Shown in pieces: positions 30,901-40,087 of a DNA stretch of 64,000 nt (positions within the stretch are counted from its first letter, which is position 1; every line of letters starts with the position of its first letter). A program made the translations under genes and the position numbers. This DNA comes from Mytilus trossulus. Taxonomy: Eukaryota. Under the pieces are notes generated by a model. That model was given only the letters and a program-made list of their open reading frames with translations, did not search any database and was not told where the DNA came from. The stretch lies in assembly GCF_036588685.1 (NCBI RefSeq), contig NC_086373.1, forward strand, positions 109,864,001 through 109,928,000. Reading direction: 5' to 3'.

Positions 30901-33900
30901 ATACAACCACCGTAATCTGAATTTACCATTTGAAAATTATAGATATCCTTATTTTAGTATTTAAAATCATCTAAATGGCTAAAACATATATACTTTTAAT
31001 ATAATCATATTTCCTTCAATAAATCAAACAAATTATGTATATTAGAACAATAAAAGAACTATAGTGTATCAGGTATGAAATAACAGATGCTAAAATTATA
31101 GGGCAATATTTTCTGAAAAACGAAAGACGATAAGAGTGCAACATAAATAACTTCCTTTGGTCATGTTGTTGATATATATACTTTTAATACAGTATGGTGT
31201 GTACCCCTCATTTGGACATTATGTCTGTTTATTTTGTTTACACATCGTTATCAATACATATGCTACTGTTATGATGTTAAGCTAGCTATAAAAACAGGTT
31301 CAATACACCATTGTCTATATAAGAAAATGTCTGACCAAGTCAAGAATATCAGTTGCTATCCATTCGTATGATGAATAAAGGCAACAGTAGTATACCGCTG
31401 TTCAAGCTTTTTATTTTGGCTTTTTATTAGGGACTGTCAGTTTTGAATTTTCCTCGGAGTTCAGTATTTTTGTAACATTACTTTTTAACAGAATGACTCG
31501 ACCATACTATTATGCGAAGTGTTTGATACGTCTTGTCCTACTAAACAACATAAAGGTCTGTAATTCTCTTGTCTTTCAGGAACGTTTATGGAAATATATG
31601 CAATACTCCAGGAACAAACCAGACATTGGAAAATAAGATATCAATCTGTTCCTTGACATAAGTTAGTGACAAGTACAAATAATTTGGTATCCGATGATAG
31701 TAATACATTTTATAAATTGTAACATTGATGGAGAGTTGTCTCATTGGCACTCATACTACAACTTCCTATATCTATATATAATAAATATAGAAACGAGAAA
31801 ATATATATAGATCTGTATTACGAACAACAAACATATATTTCCTTTAAAATTTACAGCGTCTCGTCTTCAAACTGTTTTTTTAATGATATAACAAACAATA
31901 TATTTAAAATTGTCTATGTCCTTACGCCTATCCCGTCATAACTCCTTCTGCTCTTGAAGAACAGAAAATGTAGATCACCTTCTTTTTCAAATTTATTATT
32001 TTGTTTTGTTTTAAAGATATGAACATATTTAAATGTACTCGTTGGAATATATTATGTCCTACTGTTGATTTGCTGGTATAACCAAAACACGTTATCAAGA
32101 TGTCATTGCAGTAACTACAAGTACAATTTTATGTTTTATCGAAGATATGCAGGTATGACAAGTACAATCAATCAGGATTTTCTTGTAGTAACGACAATGT
32201 ACAATTTATGTTATTGTAGAAATGCTGGTAGGCTCGAGTTGGCATTTTAGTAACTATAATGTACCATCTTATGTTTTATTATAGATATGCGGGTATAACT
32301 AATACACCCAATCAAGATGCCCGTGTAGTAACGACATAATCCATATTATTTTTTATTGTAGATATTCAAGTTTGAAAAATACAACCAATCAAGATGTCTT
32401 TGTAGTAACTATAAAGTTCCATATTATGTTTTATTGTAGATATGCGGGTTTGACAAATACAATCAATCGAGATGTCCTTGTAGTAACTATAACGTAACAT
32501 ATAACGTTTTATTAAAGATATGCAGGTTTGACAAATACAACCAATCAAGATGTCCTTGTCGTAACTATAACATACCATATAATGTTTGATTGTAGATATG
32601 CAGGTTTGACAAATACAACCAATCAAGATGTCCTTGCTTTAACAACTTTAACATCTCATCTCCTTTGCTATTTCAATAGTGCCATCAATCCTGTTATTTA
32701 TAATTTTATGAGTGGTAAGTTCTTATGTAATATAAGAAGTTACAATATATATAAACTGGTTAGAATGATGCAATTTTGCATAATGTAATACGGATTTGTA
32801 TAAGTAAGGCAGCTTTGTTGTTGAATGTCGGAATGTATTAATAGAGATTTGCTTGTTTGATATCTTATCCTGTAGAGTAATATTATTTGTTATAGTAGTT
32901 ATAGTCGCATCAATATCTATTATTTTCGTATTTGGTGCCAAATCTCATAACGATTTTTCTGGTATATTGATATTGAAATATTATAGTACTATATCGTTAC
33001 GGGACCTTTGTCGATTTGAAAGTCTTATGTTTATCAGATGAATAGTCCAAATAACACCAGTTTTCAAAAAAAGTGCTTGCCTTTCTAGTTATTATTTTAT
33101 GATTAACGATTTTTTTTCAAATATCAGGTACTGAAACCAAAATTGTTTAGATGGAAATCTGGTAAATGTACAATAAAGAAAAATCCTCTGCAGTAATATT
33201 GTTCAACTACATGTTATAAATACATACACCACCACTTACAAAAACAAATGCAAATGCAAATTGAAATGACCAGTTGTACTTAGAAAAGTAAGACGTCTTT
33301 AGTATAAAAACCCGTACAAACTAGAAAACACTCACAACCCTTGATCATAGAAATAGTCTACTACTGCGTCGATTGTGATACGAAACTACTTCACTTCTGA
33401 CAACTCAATTTTCTAATTCACAAAGCCTGCCAAGCGTTTAACTATTTGATTGAAATTTTAGCTGTCGACTATTTATGAACTGTGATCAAATGTACCACAT
33501 CCTGATACCAAACAAATAATCAACAGGTCTGGGATGTATAATCAGTCTCCTGATACCAAACAAATAATCAACAGGTCTGGGATGTAGAATCAGTCTTATG
33601 ATTTGTAATGAAATACAGACAATAAGAAGTTAGAATATTATAACATACTAGTATTATGACAGTCGAATTTTGTTTTTCAGAAAAGTTCAAGAAAGAATTC
33701 CGCGTGGCTTGTAAACTTTGTGGCTTAGCACCGACACATGGAAGACACGGAACATTAACAGGTAGATTTTGGTGTTAAATTGACGCCATATATTAAAGAT
33801 ATTGTTTGATGAATGTATTCAATTGTTAGCATTATGTTGTCATCGACCCACTTGTTATCAGAGATACATAGCATCGTTCTCATTCTTTTTGATTCTTCTG

Positions 33901-36900
33901 AATATTGTTACCGTTATGACCACATAATATATACATTGTATACCATCGAGACAACGACCAGATAAAATATTGAACGGTCGAATTGTCTCTCTTCATTATT
34001 TTTGTTTTCTTCTCAAACTCTCAGATACTCGGACTCATAAATAATCATGTCTAGTTGGGCATTGCATAGATTACTATACGGTATGTGCGTTACTCATTCT
34101 TGAACACTATATAACTTGTTTAGAAAAATCTTTTTATTTTTAGCCATGGCGTTGTCAGTTTATTTTCAATCAATGAGTTTGTCTCTCCCTCTTGTATCTT
34201 TCGTCCCTCTTTTGTTCTTCGTTCTTTAGTGGCAAGTAATCGCATACTAAACAAGGATCAATCATTTTTCTATAGTAACTGCAGTACAAAAAAATAGAAC
34301 TGAATTCTAGGTTAATGTGTCACTGTATGAATAGATTTAAACTACACTATATCATAGAAAAATATTTGCAGATGAAAATAAAAGCAAATTTTCAAAATAA
34401 CAGCAGATACTGAACAAAATCATCGTTTGAAAAACATTTTAGAAAATCTCTGTTTTAATCATTTTGCATAAAGTATTCCAAATATCAAAGTTCATCTTAG
34501 TAGCAAATAGTCAACAAATATAAACCGAGTTTGAGTCTGTCTTGAATTCAATCAAAGACTTTAAAATGTAGCGCTGTGTTAGGTAATCCTTTGTATTTGA
34601 TGCAACTTTACTACACGACACTTTAGAAATTGTTATATCATTGATGATTAATGATTGATCAATTTATTTATTTAATGAAATTCCAGAAAACTTTAGGTGG
34701 CTAATATTACCATTCAATCTTTAGCTGACACTTATGAAGGATGAAGTCGAGTCTTGTTCCAATTAGGTGCTGTAATGATAGTTGATATAAATAACGGGAA
34801 TATACTGAAAGATTGCTTTAGTTTCATTAAATAAGTTGTGTCAGCTCAACATGTGTTTCCTTGTTTGTTAAAAACAGCCATCCAGTTAATAAAAATATGT
34901 TCTCTCTTGTAAACAATAATTGTTCGACACGTGATTGATATCTTTATTGTTTCTTTCCGTACAACCAGAATTACGAATAAGGTTATATTGTTCAGTTGAA
35001 GACAAAGAAATACAAGTCATTCACAAATTGTCATTTTCAATAATCTAAAACAACACGTCAGTCTTTTTCAATAATTACATTATATGACGCTCAAATGACA
35101 TCATAAATTACTTTTCTGTATTTATTGAAATACACAGCAGATTTTTTTTTTAGATATTTAGGAATAATTCAACATATTCGAATACAAAGGGTTGAATTAT
35201 TTTAATCTTCATGCAATTTTAGGTGTCTAATCATAGGCCTTTCATTGCATTTTAATAGTAATCAAAAGTACCAGGATTATACTTTTATACGCCAGACGCG
35301 CGTTTCGTCTACATAAGACTCATCAGTGACGCTCAGATCAAAATAGTTAAAAGGCCAAATAAATACAAAGTTGAAGAGCATTGAGGATTCAAAATTCCAA
35401 AAAGTTGTGCCAAATACGGCTAAGGTAATCTACTCCTGGGGTAAGAAAATCCTAAGTTTTTCGAAAAATTAAAAATTTTGTAAACAGAAAATTTATAAAA
35501 AATGACCATACAATTGATATTCATGTCAACACCGAAGTGCTGACTACTGGGCTGGTGATATCCTCGGGGACGAAACGTCCACCAGCAGTGGCATCGACCC
35601 AGTGGTGTTAATAGTAATCAAAAGTACCAGGATTATAATTTTATACGCCAGACGCGCGTTTCGTCTACATAAGACTCATCAGTGACGCTCAGATCAAAAT
35701 AGTTAAAAGGCCAAATAAATACAAAGTTGAAGAGCATTGAGGATTCAAAATTCCAAAAAGTTGTGCCAAATACGGCTAAGGTAATCTACTCCTGGGGTAA
35801 GAAAATCCTAAGTTTTTCGAAAAATTAAAAGTTTTGTAAACAGAAAATTTATAAAAAATGACCATATAATTGATATTCATGTCAACACCGAAGTGCTGAC
35901 TACTGGGCTGGTGATACCCTCGGGGACGAAACGTCCACCAGCAGTGGCATCGACCCAGTGGTGTTAATAGTAATCAAAAGTACCAGGATTATAATTTTAT
36001 ACGCCAGACGCGCGTTTCGTCTACATAAGACTCATCAGTGACGCTCAGATCAAAATAGTTAAAAGGCCAAATAAATACAAAGTTGAAGAGCATTGAGGAT
36101 TCAAAATTCCAAAAAGTTGTGCCAAATACGGCTAAGGTAATCTACTCCTGGGGTAAGAAAATCCTAAGTTTTTCGAAAAATTATAAGTTTTGTATACAGA
36201 AAATTTATAAAAAATGACCATATAATTGATATTCATGTCAACACCGAAGTGCTGACTACTGGGCTGGTGATACCCTCGGGGACGAAACGTCCACCAGCAG
36301 TGGCATCGACCCAGTGGTGTTAATAGTAATCAAAAGTACCAGGATTATAATTTTATACGCCAGACGCGCGTTTCGTCTACATAAGACTCATAAGTGACGC
36401 TCAGATCAAAATAGTTAAAAGGCCAAATAAATACAAAGTTGAAGAGCATTGAGGATTCAAAATTCCAAAAAGTTGTGCCAAATACGGCTAAGGTAATCTA
36501 CTCCTGGGGTAAGAAATCCTAAGTTTTTCGAAAAATTAAAAGTTTTGTAAACAGAAAATTTATAAAAAATGACCATATATTTGATATTCATGTCAACACC
36601 GAAGTGCTGACTACTGGGCTGGTGATACCCTCGGGGACGAAACGTCCACCAGCAGTGGCATCGACCCAGTGGTGTTAATAGTAATCAAAAGTACCAGGAT
36701 TATAATTTTATACGCCAGACGCGCGTTTCGTCTACATAAGACTCATCAGTGACGCTCAGATCAAAATAGTTAAAAGGCCAAAAAAATACAAAGTTGAAGA
36801 GCATTGAGGATTCAAAATTCCAAAAAGTTGTGCCAAATACGGCTAAGGTAATCTACTCCTGGGGTAAAAGTGTTATCTGAGGAACGCGAGGGTTAACTCG

Positions 36901-39900
36901 ACTGATATAAAGTAAATTTCGAGAGACTACTTGCCGGAGGACTTAGGTTGATTAACCTTTCCCACATGTGACAGTTTGCAATTAGTATTGCCAATGTTTT
37001 TTTCAACTGATCAGGTGGAGCCTACGTTTTGATTTGCATAAAGACAGACTTTTTAAAGATGTTTTTGATTAAGATTATTCCCGTTATAATTATTATTACA
37101 GTTTTTCTAATCACCAACCAGTGTCATCATACGCATGAACTACAGGTCTAAAAAGTGTATGATATTGGACAAATATTTTTTAGGTTATGTGAATAATTTT
37201 TTTTAAGGAAATCAATAGTAGTTAATTTTCGATGGTATTTTCTTTTATAGTTGTTTTTTTCTAAGATATCAAATATTTCCCTTTTAAGTTATATCGGTGA
37301 TTTTATTTTGTTTTTTCATTTTAATCATTTGATGCCTTACCGATCGTTTTCATATATGTGGAATTAAATGCATATTGGAAAAGGTTCGCAAAATAAACTA
37401 TAAATGAATAGAATGAGGATTTACACTATGAGCATTCTCTCTATCTTACCTTAACTCTTTTTTATATGTAACATGACTTATTATGAAATCCCGGATGAAT
37501 ACAGATAATAAATATTTTGTATTGATCAGCTTAAAGGTTGCCCTCCAAGCTTTGTACTTAATGAATGTATCAATATGCGTGTTAATTCCCGTGTAAGTTA
37601 TTTTAGACTGTCTACGTTTCTTAGTATAATGAGAATAAACACAACATGGTAGTAAGGTGACAAAAGGTGTATCTATTAGTCGACAAAATATTATATTTTT
37701 GAAAATAAAAGTCCAAAATAAACTTATAATAAACTGTCAATTTCAAGATACACATCAAGATATGAAGCAAAGCTAACTGTGCCTGTTATATCCCTTATTG
37801 ACAATGCAATATGAAAAAAGATGCTCTCTGTATTTTCATTAAACTTTAAATAATCCAAAAGAAATCAATGAAATAATGTAAAACGCGAATGTATTGATAA
37901 AGTGCCTTGAACAAAACTATTAGACATATCAACTGCTTTGAAATATTTTACGAATTTTTCATTCTAATTGCGGCATTACTTTGTCATTTTTTTTAATTAT
38001 ATTCATGTCATCTATCTGTTCTGAGTTTTGACAAACGTATTTTTTAATTATTTTGATCTTGTTACAAGGATTCAGTAAAAATACAACAGGGGCTAAATGT
38101 AATCTATCAATCTTTAAAATGTTTGTAAACTTAATTTACTTGTATTTCCCCCAACATTTATTGATGTATGAGTACACAAATTTCCTTTGCATTTCCTTGA
38201 GTCGATTCTTAATGTAATCTGTTTTATCTTCCATGCAGCTACTGTCAAAATGGACACTGTAACAGAGTAAGTATCAAACAACAAGGTTTGGAGGGATAAC
38301 GAGGGCAATTTAAGACACCAAGGTTTGCAGGGACAACGAGGGATATTTTAAGACACCAAAGTTTGGAGGGATAACGAGGGCTATTTAAGACACCAAGGTT
38401 TGCAGGGATGACGAGGGATATTTAAGGTTTGCAGGGATGACGAGGGATATTTAAGGTTTGCAGGGATGACGAGGGATATTTAAGGTTTGCAGGGATGACG
38501 AGGGATATTTTAAGAAACGTTTTTATCAATACACTACTGTTGATTCATTTTCGTCGGTATCAATTGTCGTGGATTGATGAGAACTTGCACCTTCGAGATT
38601 TTGCATACACAACCTATTGAAAATGTGTTATTCGTTGAATATTTGAACTCGTGCTTCACTTGTATTCACTAAACTCTCGAATATTGGTATCCAACGAATA
38701 ATAATGAATCTAAAGTATCATAAATAAACTCATCATAAATACCAGGATTTAAAATTTTGATGTGCGCCAGATGTGCGTTTCAACTACAAAAGACTCATCA
38801 ATGACTCATCTTAACTGTTTTGAAATAGTTTACAAAAGATTAATGTCTAGAGGAATGTTAAATGAAAAGCATTTTCTGTAATTCAAATCTTGAAACGGAT
38901 TTACTGCTCATTATTTAGAGATAATTGTTAATGTTCCAAATTATCAGTTACGTGCAATTAACAAAACGTTTACGCCTGTCAGAGCCAAAGGCACATTTTT
39001 ATACAGAAAAAATAATAATAATGAATTCCGATGCACGAACCTAGAATGATTTGCTTTAAAAAATAAAAGACTGTAAATTGTTGAAACAGTTAGAAATAGT
39101 TGTTGTACTTACATAAGAGACGTTTTTGAATAGTTTTGTTAATTTTGATATTCGAATGCGTTTATTTTGGTTAATAATGACATTTTATAATTATGTGGCT
39201 TAAATTATGTATAAATGCATTAAACGGTAAATAGAAATTTCAAAAATTTTAGATCGTTCAACAGACCACACAAACTAGTAACATCGTACTCCGCAGAAAA
39301 GTAATATGTACAAACAAAGATTAATAACAATGAATATCTGTCCATTAGCCTGTGTGATTGAATCAGTTAAAACGTACTCATAAACCTCTCCTTTTGATTA
39401 CGTATCTAAACCATGTGTCGTTAAACTTTGGGTCATCTACTAGGGGGAATATTTCAAAACTGTATGTATAAATACATAAATTTGGTGAACTATTTTATAA
39501 ATCATGTCTAATAGAAAGAACATAATTGAAGGTAGTAACGGTTTACATATTAACATATTGAACATGACACAAAGTTAAATGGCTTTGACTACATAACAAT
39601 ACCACGGGTATGGACGGATGAGTTTACCTTCTGGGATAATTAATTTTATTCCTTGTTTGATTAGACGAAAGTCAATTGGTATTTTCTGTTGTTCTGATGT
39701 TCGTGTGTCTGTGTTTATGTTATATTATGTCCTTTCTATTCCATACCATCATTAACTTTGGCGTTTTGATTTGTGGAAAAAGGTCGTTCATACTGTATTC
39801 CGGTCTCTGTAGGTATTCTTGCGATTCACTGTATTAATGGTTGTTACATTTCAGGAAACTGTGCAGTGATCGTTCTATAAAGAGATTCCCTTATCAGAAT

Positions 39901-39942
39901 TCACATGAAGCAGCATCAGAAGACTCGAAGTTTCTCCATTAA
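6587..39942 (+). CDS. Orexin/allatotropin-receptor-like class A GPCR, 7 coding exons: join(6587..6949,17039..17411,22285..22408,32596..32714,33681..33761,38239..38266,39855..39942), 391 aa
   Basis: Seven TM segments with GN (TM1), NLSIADFL and CLPP (TM2), MCK..YLQ..ERY (TM3), FFLIP (TM5), ARKRTARML..CYIP (TM6), NSAINPVIYNFMS (TM7) and EKFKKEF helix 8. Strong similarity, from recall, to HCRTR2 and insect allatotropin receptors. All introns are GT-AG and the phases (0,1,2,1,1,2) join into 1176 nt with no internal stop. Confidence 0.92.
7683..7805. repeat. 39-bp tandem repeat, about 3 copies
   Basis: ttttggaaa.ct.aatt.gtt.gactgt recurs at 7683, 7722 and 7761. Confidence 0.8.
7940..8231 (-). mobile_element. 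Truncated family 1 retrozyme monomer in intron 1, with an intact hammerhead at 7975..8018
   Basis: Begins at the shared end aatagttatcaaaggtacc, carries the same hammerhead as the array and stops at gtgctgacta. Confidence 0.9.
9118..9233. repeat. Tandem repeat of about 45 bp, about 2.5 copies
   Basis: ctgtgttt...aagccaattaattgtcggatcgaat recurs. Confidence 0.75.
17039..17411 (+). CDS. GPCR exon 2 (TM3-TM5)
   Basis: Acceptor ttgttatttttcag|TGT; CVSVLVSVVTLTAISVERYLAICRPL...IALCLWRSSTSGSVVL; donor A|GTAAGT, phase 1. Confidence 0.95.
17602..17798 (+). mobile_element. Decayed retrozyme, sense to the gene, with a broken hammerhead
   Basis: gagcgtcactgatgcgtcttatatagac has core CUGAUGC and no GAAA. 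It is interrupted by an opposite-orientation end fragment at about 17721-17757 and ends in cctggtacctttggtaacta. Confidence 0.75.
19961..20747 (-). mobile_element. Older, decayed retrozyme array (about 2.3 units) with an internal inverted fragment
   Basis: Unit starts at about 19961, 20356 and 20670. Hammerhead cores are mutated (CUGAUAA) or deleted. Inverted piece at 19997..20057. Confidence 0.85.
22285..22408 (+). CDS. GPCR exon 3 (ICL3-TM6)
   Basis: Acceptor gtcatttcag|AT; (N)SRSEGATIQSRARKRTARMLIVVVIVFFICYIPVYLSNIF(R); donor AG|GTAAGG, phase 2. Not in the ORF track. Confidence 0.93.
22537..22989. mobile_element. MITE of about 455 bp with 19-bp TIRs, copy 1
   Basis: ggtatcacaccaccaatta ... 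taattggtggtctgacacc; colinear with 57912..58379. Confidence 0.85.
23590..23780 (-). mobile_element. 5'-truncated copy of the same SINE
   Basis: Matches about 41865-42052 (ctttgcgggtgcgagtgctgccttgtagcggcattag...). Confidence 0.85.
28812..28839 (+). mobile_element. 28-bp retrozyme end fragment with an 18-bp target-site duplication
   Basis: ttataatcctggtacctttgataactat flanked by ttacaaaacaaatcggaa at 28794..28811 and 28840..28857. Confidence 0.85.
29421..30260. mobile_element. High-copy unclassified interspersed element, longest copy
   Basis: Ends in gagagttgtctcattggcactcacaccacatcttcctatatcta. Related copies at about 1503-2067, 12930-13733, 16100-16810, 48750-49081 and 61820-62030. Confidence 0.75.
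32065..32636 (+). repeat. Tandem repeat of about 78 bp made of the intron-3 3' end plus the first 41 nt of exon 4 (about 8 units)
   Basis: Exon-like starts at about 32068, 32145, 32220, 32285, 32362, 32440, 32518 and 32596. Confidence 0.9.
32596..32714 (+). CDS. GPCR exon 4 (ECL3-TM7)
   Basis: Acceptor tgattgtag|A; (R)YAGLTNTTNQDVLALTTLTSHLLCYFNSAINPVIYNFMS; donor G|GTAAGT, phase 1. Acceptor choice is ambiguous because of upstream repeats. Confidence 0.88.
33500..33596. repeat. 48-bp direct tandem duplication
   Basis: tcctgataccaaacaaataatcaacaggtctgggatgta.aatcagtc at 33500 and 33548. Confidence 0.9.
33681..33761 (+). CDS. GPCR exon 5 (helix 8, proximal C-tail)
   Basis: Acceptor ttttgtttttcag|AA; (E)KFKKEFRVACKLCGLAPTHGRHGTLT; donor G|GTAGAT. 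Read-through would end GRFWC* at 33778. Confidence 0.88.
35289..35332 (-). ncRNA. Type I minimal hammerhead ribozyme (array unit 1)
   Basis: Minus strand reads GCGUCA CUGAUGA GUC UUAUGUA GAC GAAA CGCGCGUC^UGGCGU. Core, stems I and II, and palindromic stem III (ACGCGCGU) are intact. Predicted cut between 35295 and 35294. Confidence 0.93.
35645..35688 (-). ncRNA. Hammerhead ribozyme (array unit 2)
   Basis: Identical to unit 1. Confidence 0.93.
36001..36044 (-). ncRNA. Hammerhead ribozyme (array unit 3)
   Basis: Identical to unit 1. Confidence 0.93.
36357..36400 (-). ncRNA. Hammerhead ribozyme, core-mutated (array unit 4)
   Basis: Core reads CUUAUGA (G5U) instead of CUGAUGA, so it is predicted inactive. 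Confidence 0.85.
36712..36755 (-). ncRNA. Hammerhead ribozyme (array unit 5, partial unit)
   Basis: Identical to unit 1. Confidence 0.93.
38239..38266 (+). CDS. GPCR exon 6, 28-nt microexon
   Basis: Acceptor ttttatcttccatgcag|CT and donor GA|GTAAGT; (A)TVKMDTVT(E). Converts phase 1 to the phase 2 needed by exon 7. Confidence 0.72.
38282..38513. repeat. Minisatellite whose unit changes from 37 bp to 29 bp
   Basis: caaggtttggagggataacgagggcaatttaagacac units are followed by ggtttgcagggatgacgagggatatttaa units (loss of gacaccaa). Confidence 0.9.
38722..38808 (-). mobile_element. Retrozyme fragment of a third end-variant with a degenerate hammerhead
   Basis: aaataaactcatcataaataccagg...gcgccagatgtgcgtttcaactacaaaagactcatcaatgac; core UUGAUGA and stem II disrupted. 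The same end variant occurs at about 3100..3133 and 62984..63018. Confidence 0.7.
39855..39942 (+). CDS. GPCR exon 7 (terminal)
   Basis: Acceptor ttacatttcag|G; KLCSDRSIKRFPYQNSHEAASEDSKFLH* in phase 2, a Ser-rich GPCR tail. Confidence 0.72.
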
Positions 39943-40081
39943 ATGGAAGGATCAACTGAAATACCTTGTCATCTATCACGGCTTCACAAACATGTACCTT
40001 TATAACAGATTTGCTTTCTGAAAATATTACATTTAATTTATCTATTAATGTGTGTGATGTTTAATGTCATTATGACTGTTA

Positions 40082-40087
40082 AATAAA
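40082..40087 (+). promoter_or_regulatory. Candidate proximal polyadenylation signal
   Basis: AATAAA 140 nt after the stop, followed by a T/GT-rich tract at about 40105-40120. Further AATAAA sites lie downstream. Confidence 0.35.

Larger units (their letters stand above)
35253..36867 (-). mobile_element. Head-to-tail array of about 4.5 copies of a 356-bp hammerhead-ribozyme retrozyme unit (family 1)
   Basis: Near-identical units start at 35253, 35609, 35965, 36321 and 36676. Each has a type I hammerhead on the - strand and no ORF. Confidence 0.93.

Noticed and set aside
32145-32560. Repeat units as cassette microexons using AG...GTAACT
   Set aside because: The 43-nt pieces would shift the frame and the gaps of about 35 nt are too short for introns. 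Only alternative-acceptor use is plausible.
35908-35945. Opposite-polarity hammerhead-like motif CUGGUGA...GAC GAAA CGUC, which would make the unit ambisense and viroid-like
   Set aside because: A6 is replaced by G, the 10.1-11.1 pair is missing, and family 2 replaces GAAAC with UAAGA while keeping the GGAC/GUCC hairpin. The GAAA is therefore a loop, not a catalytic core.
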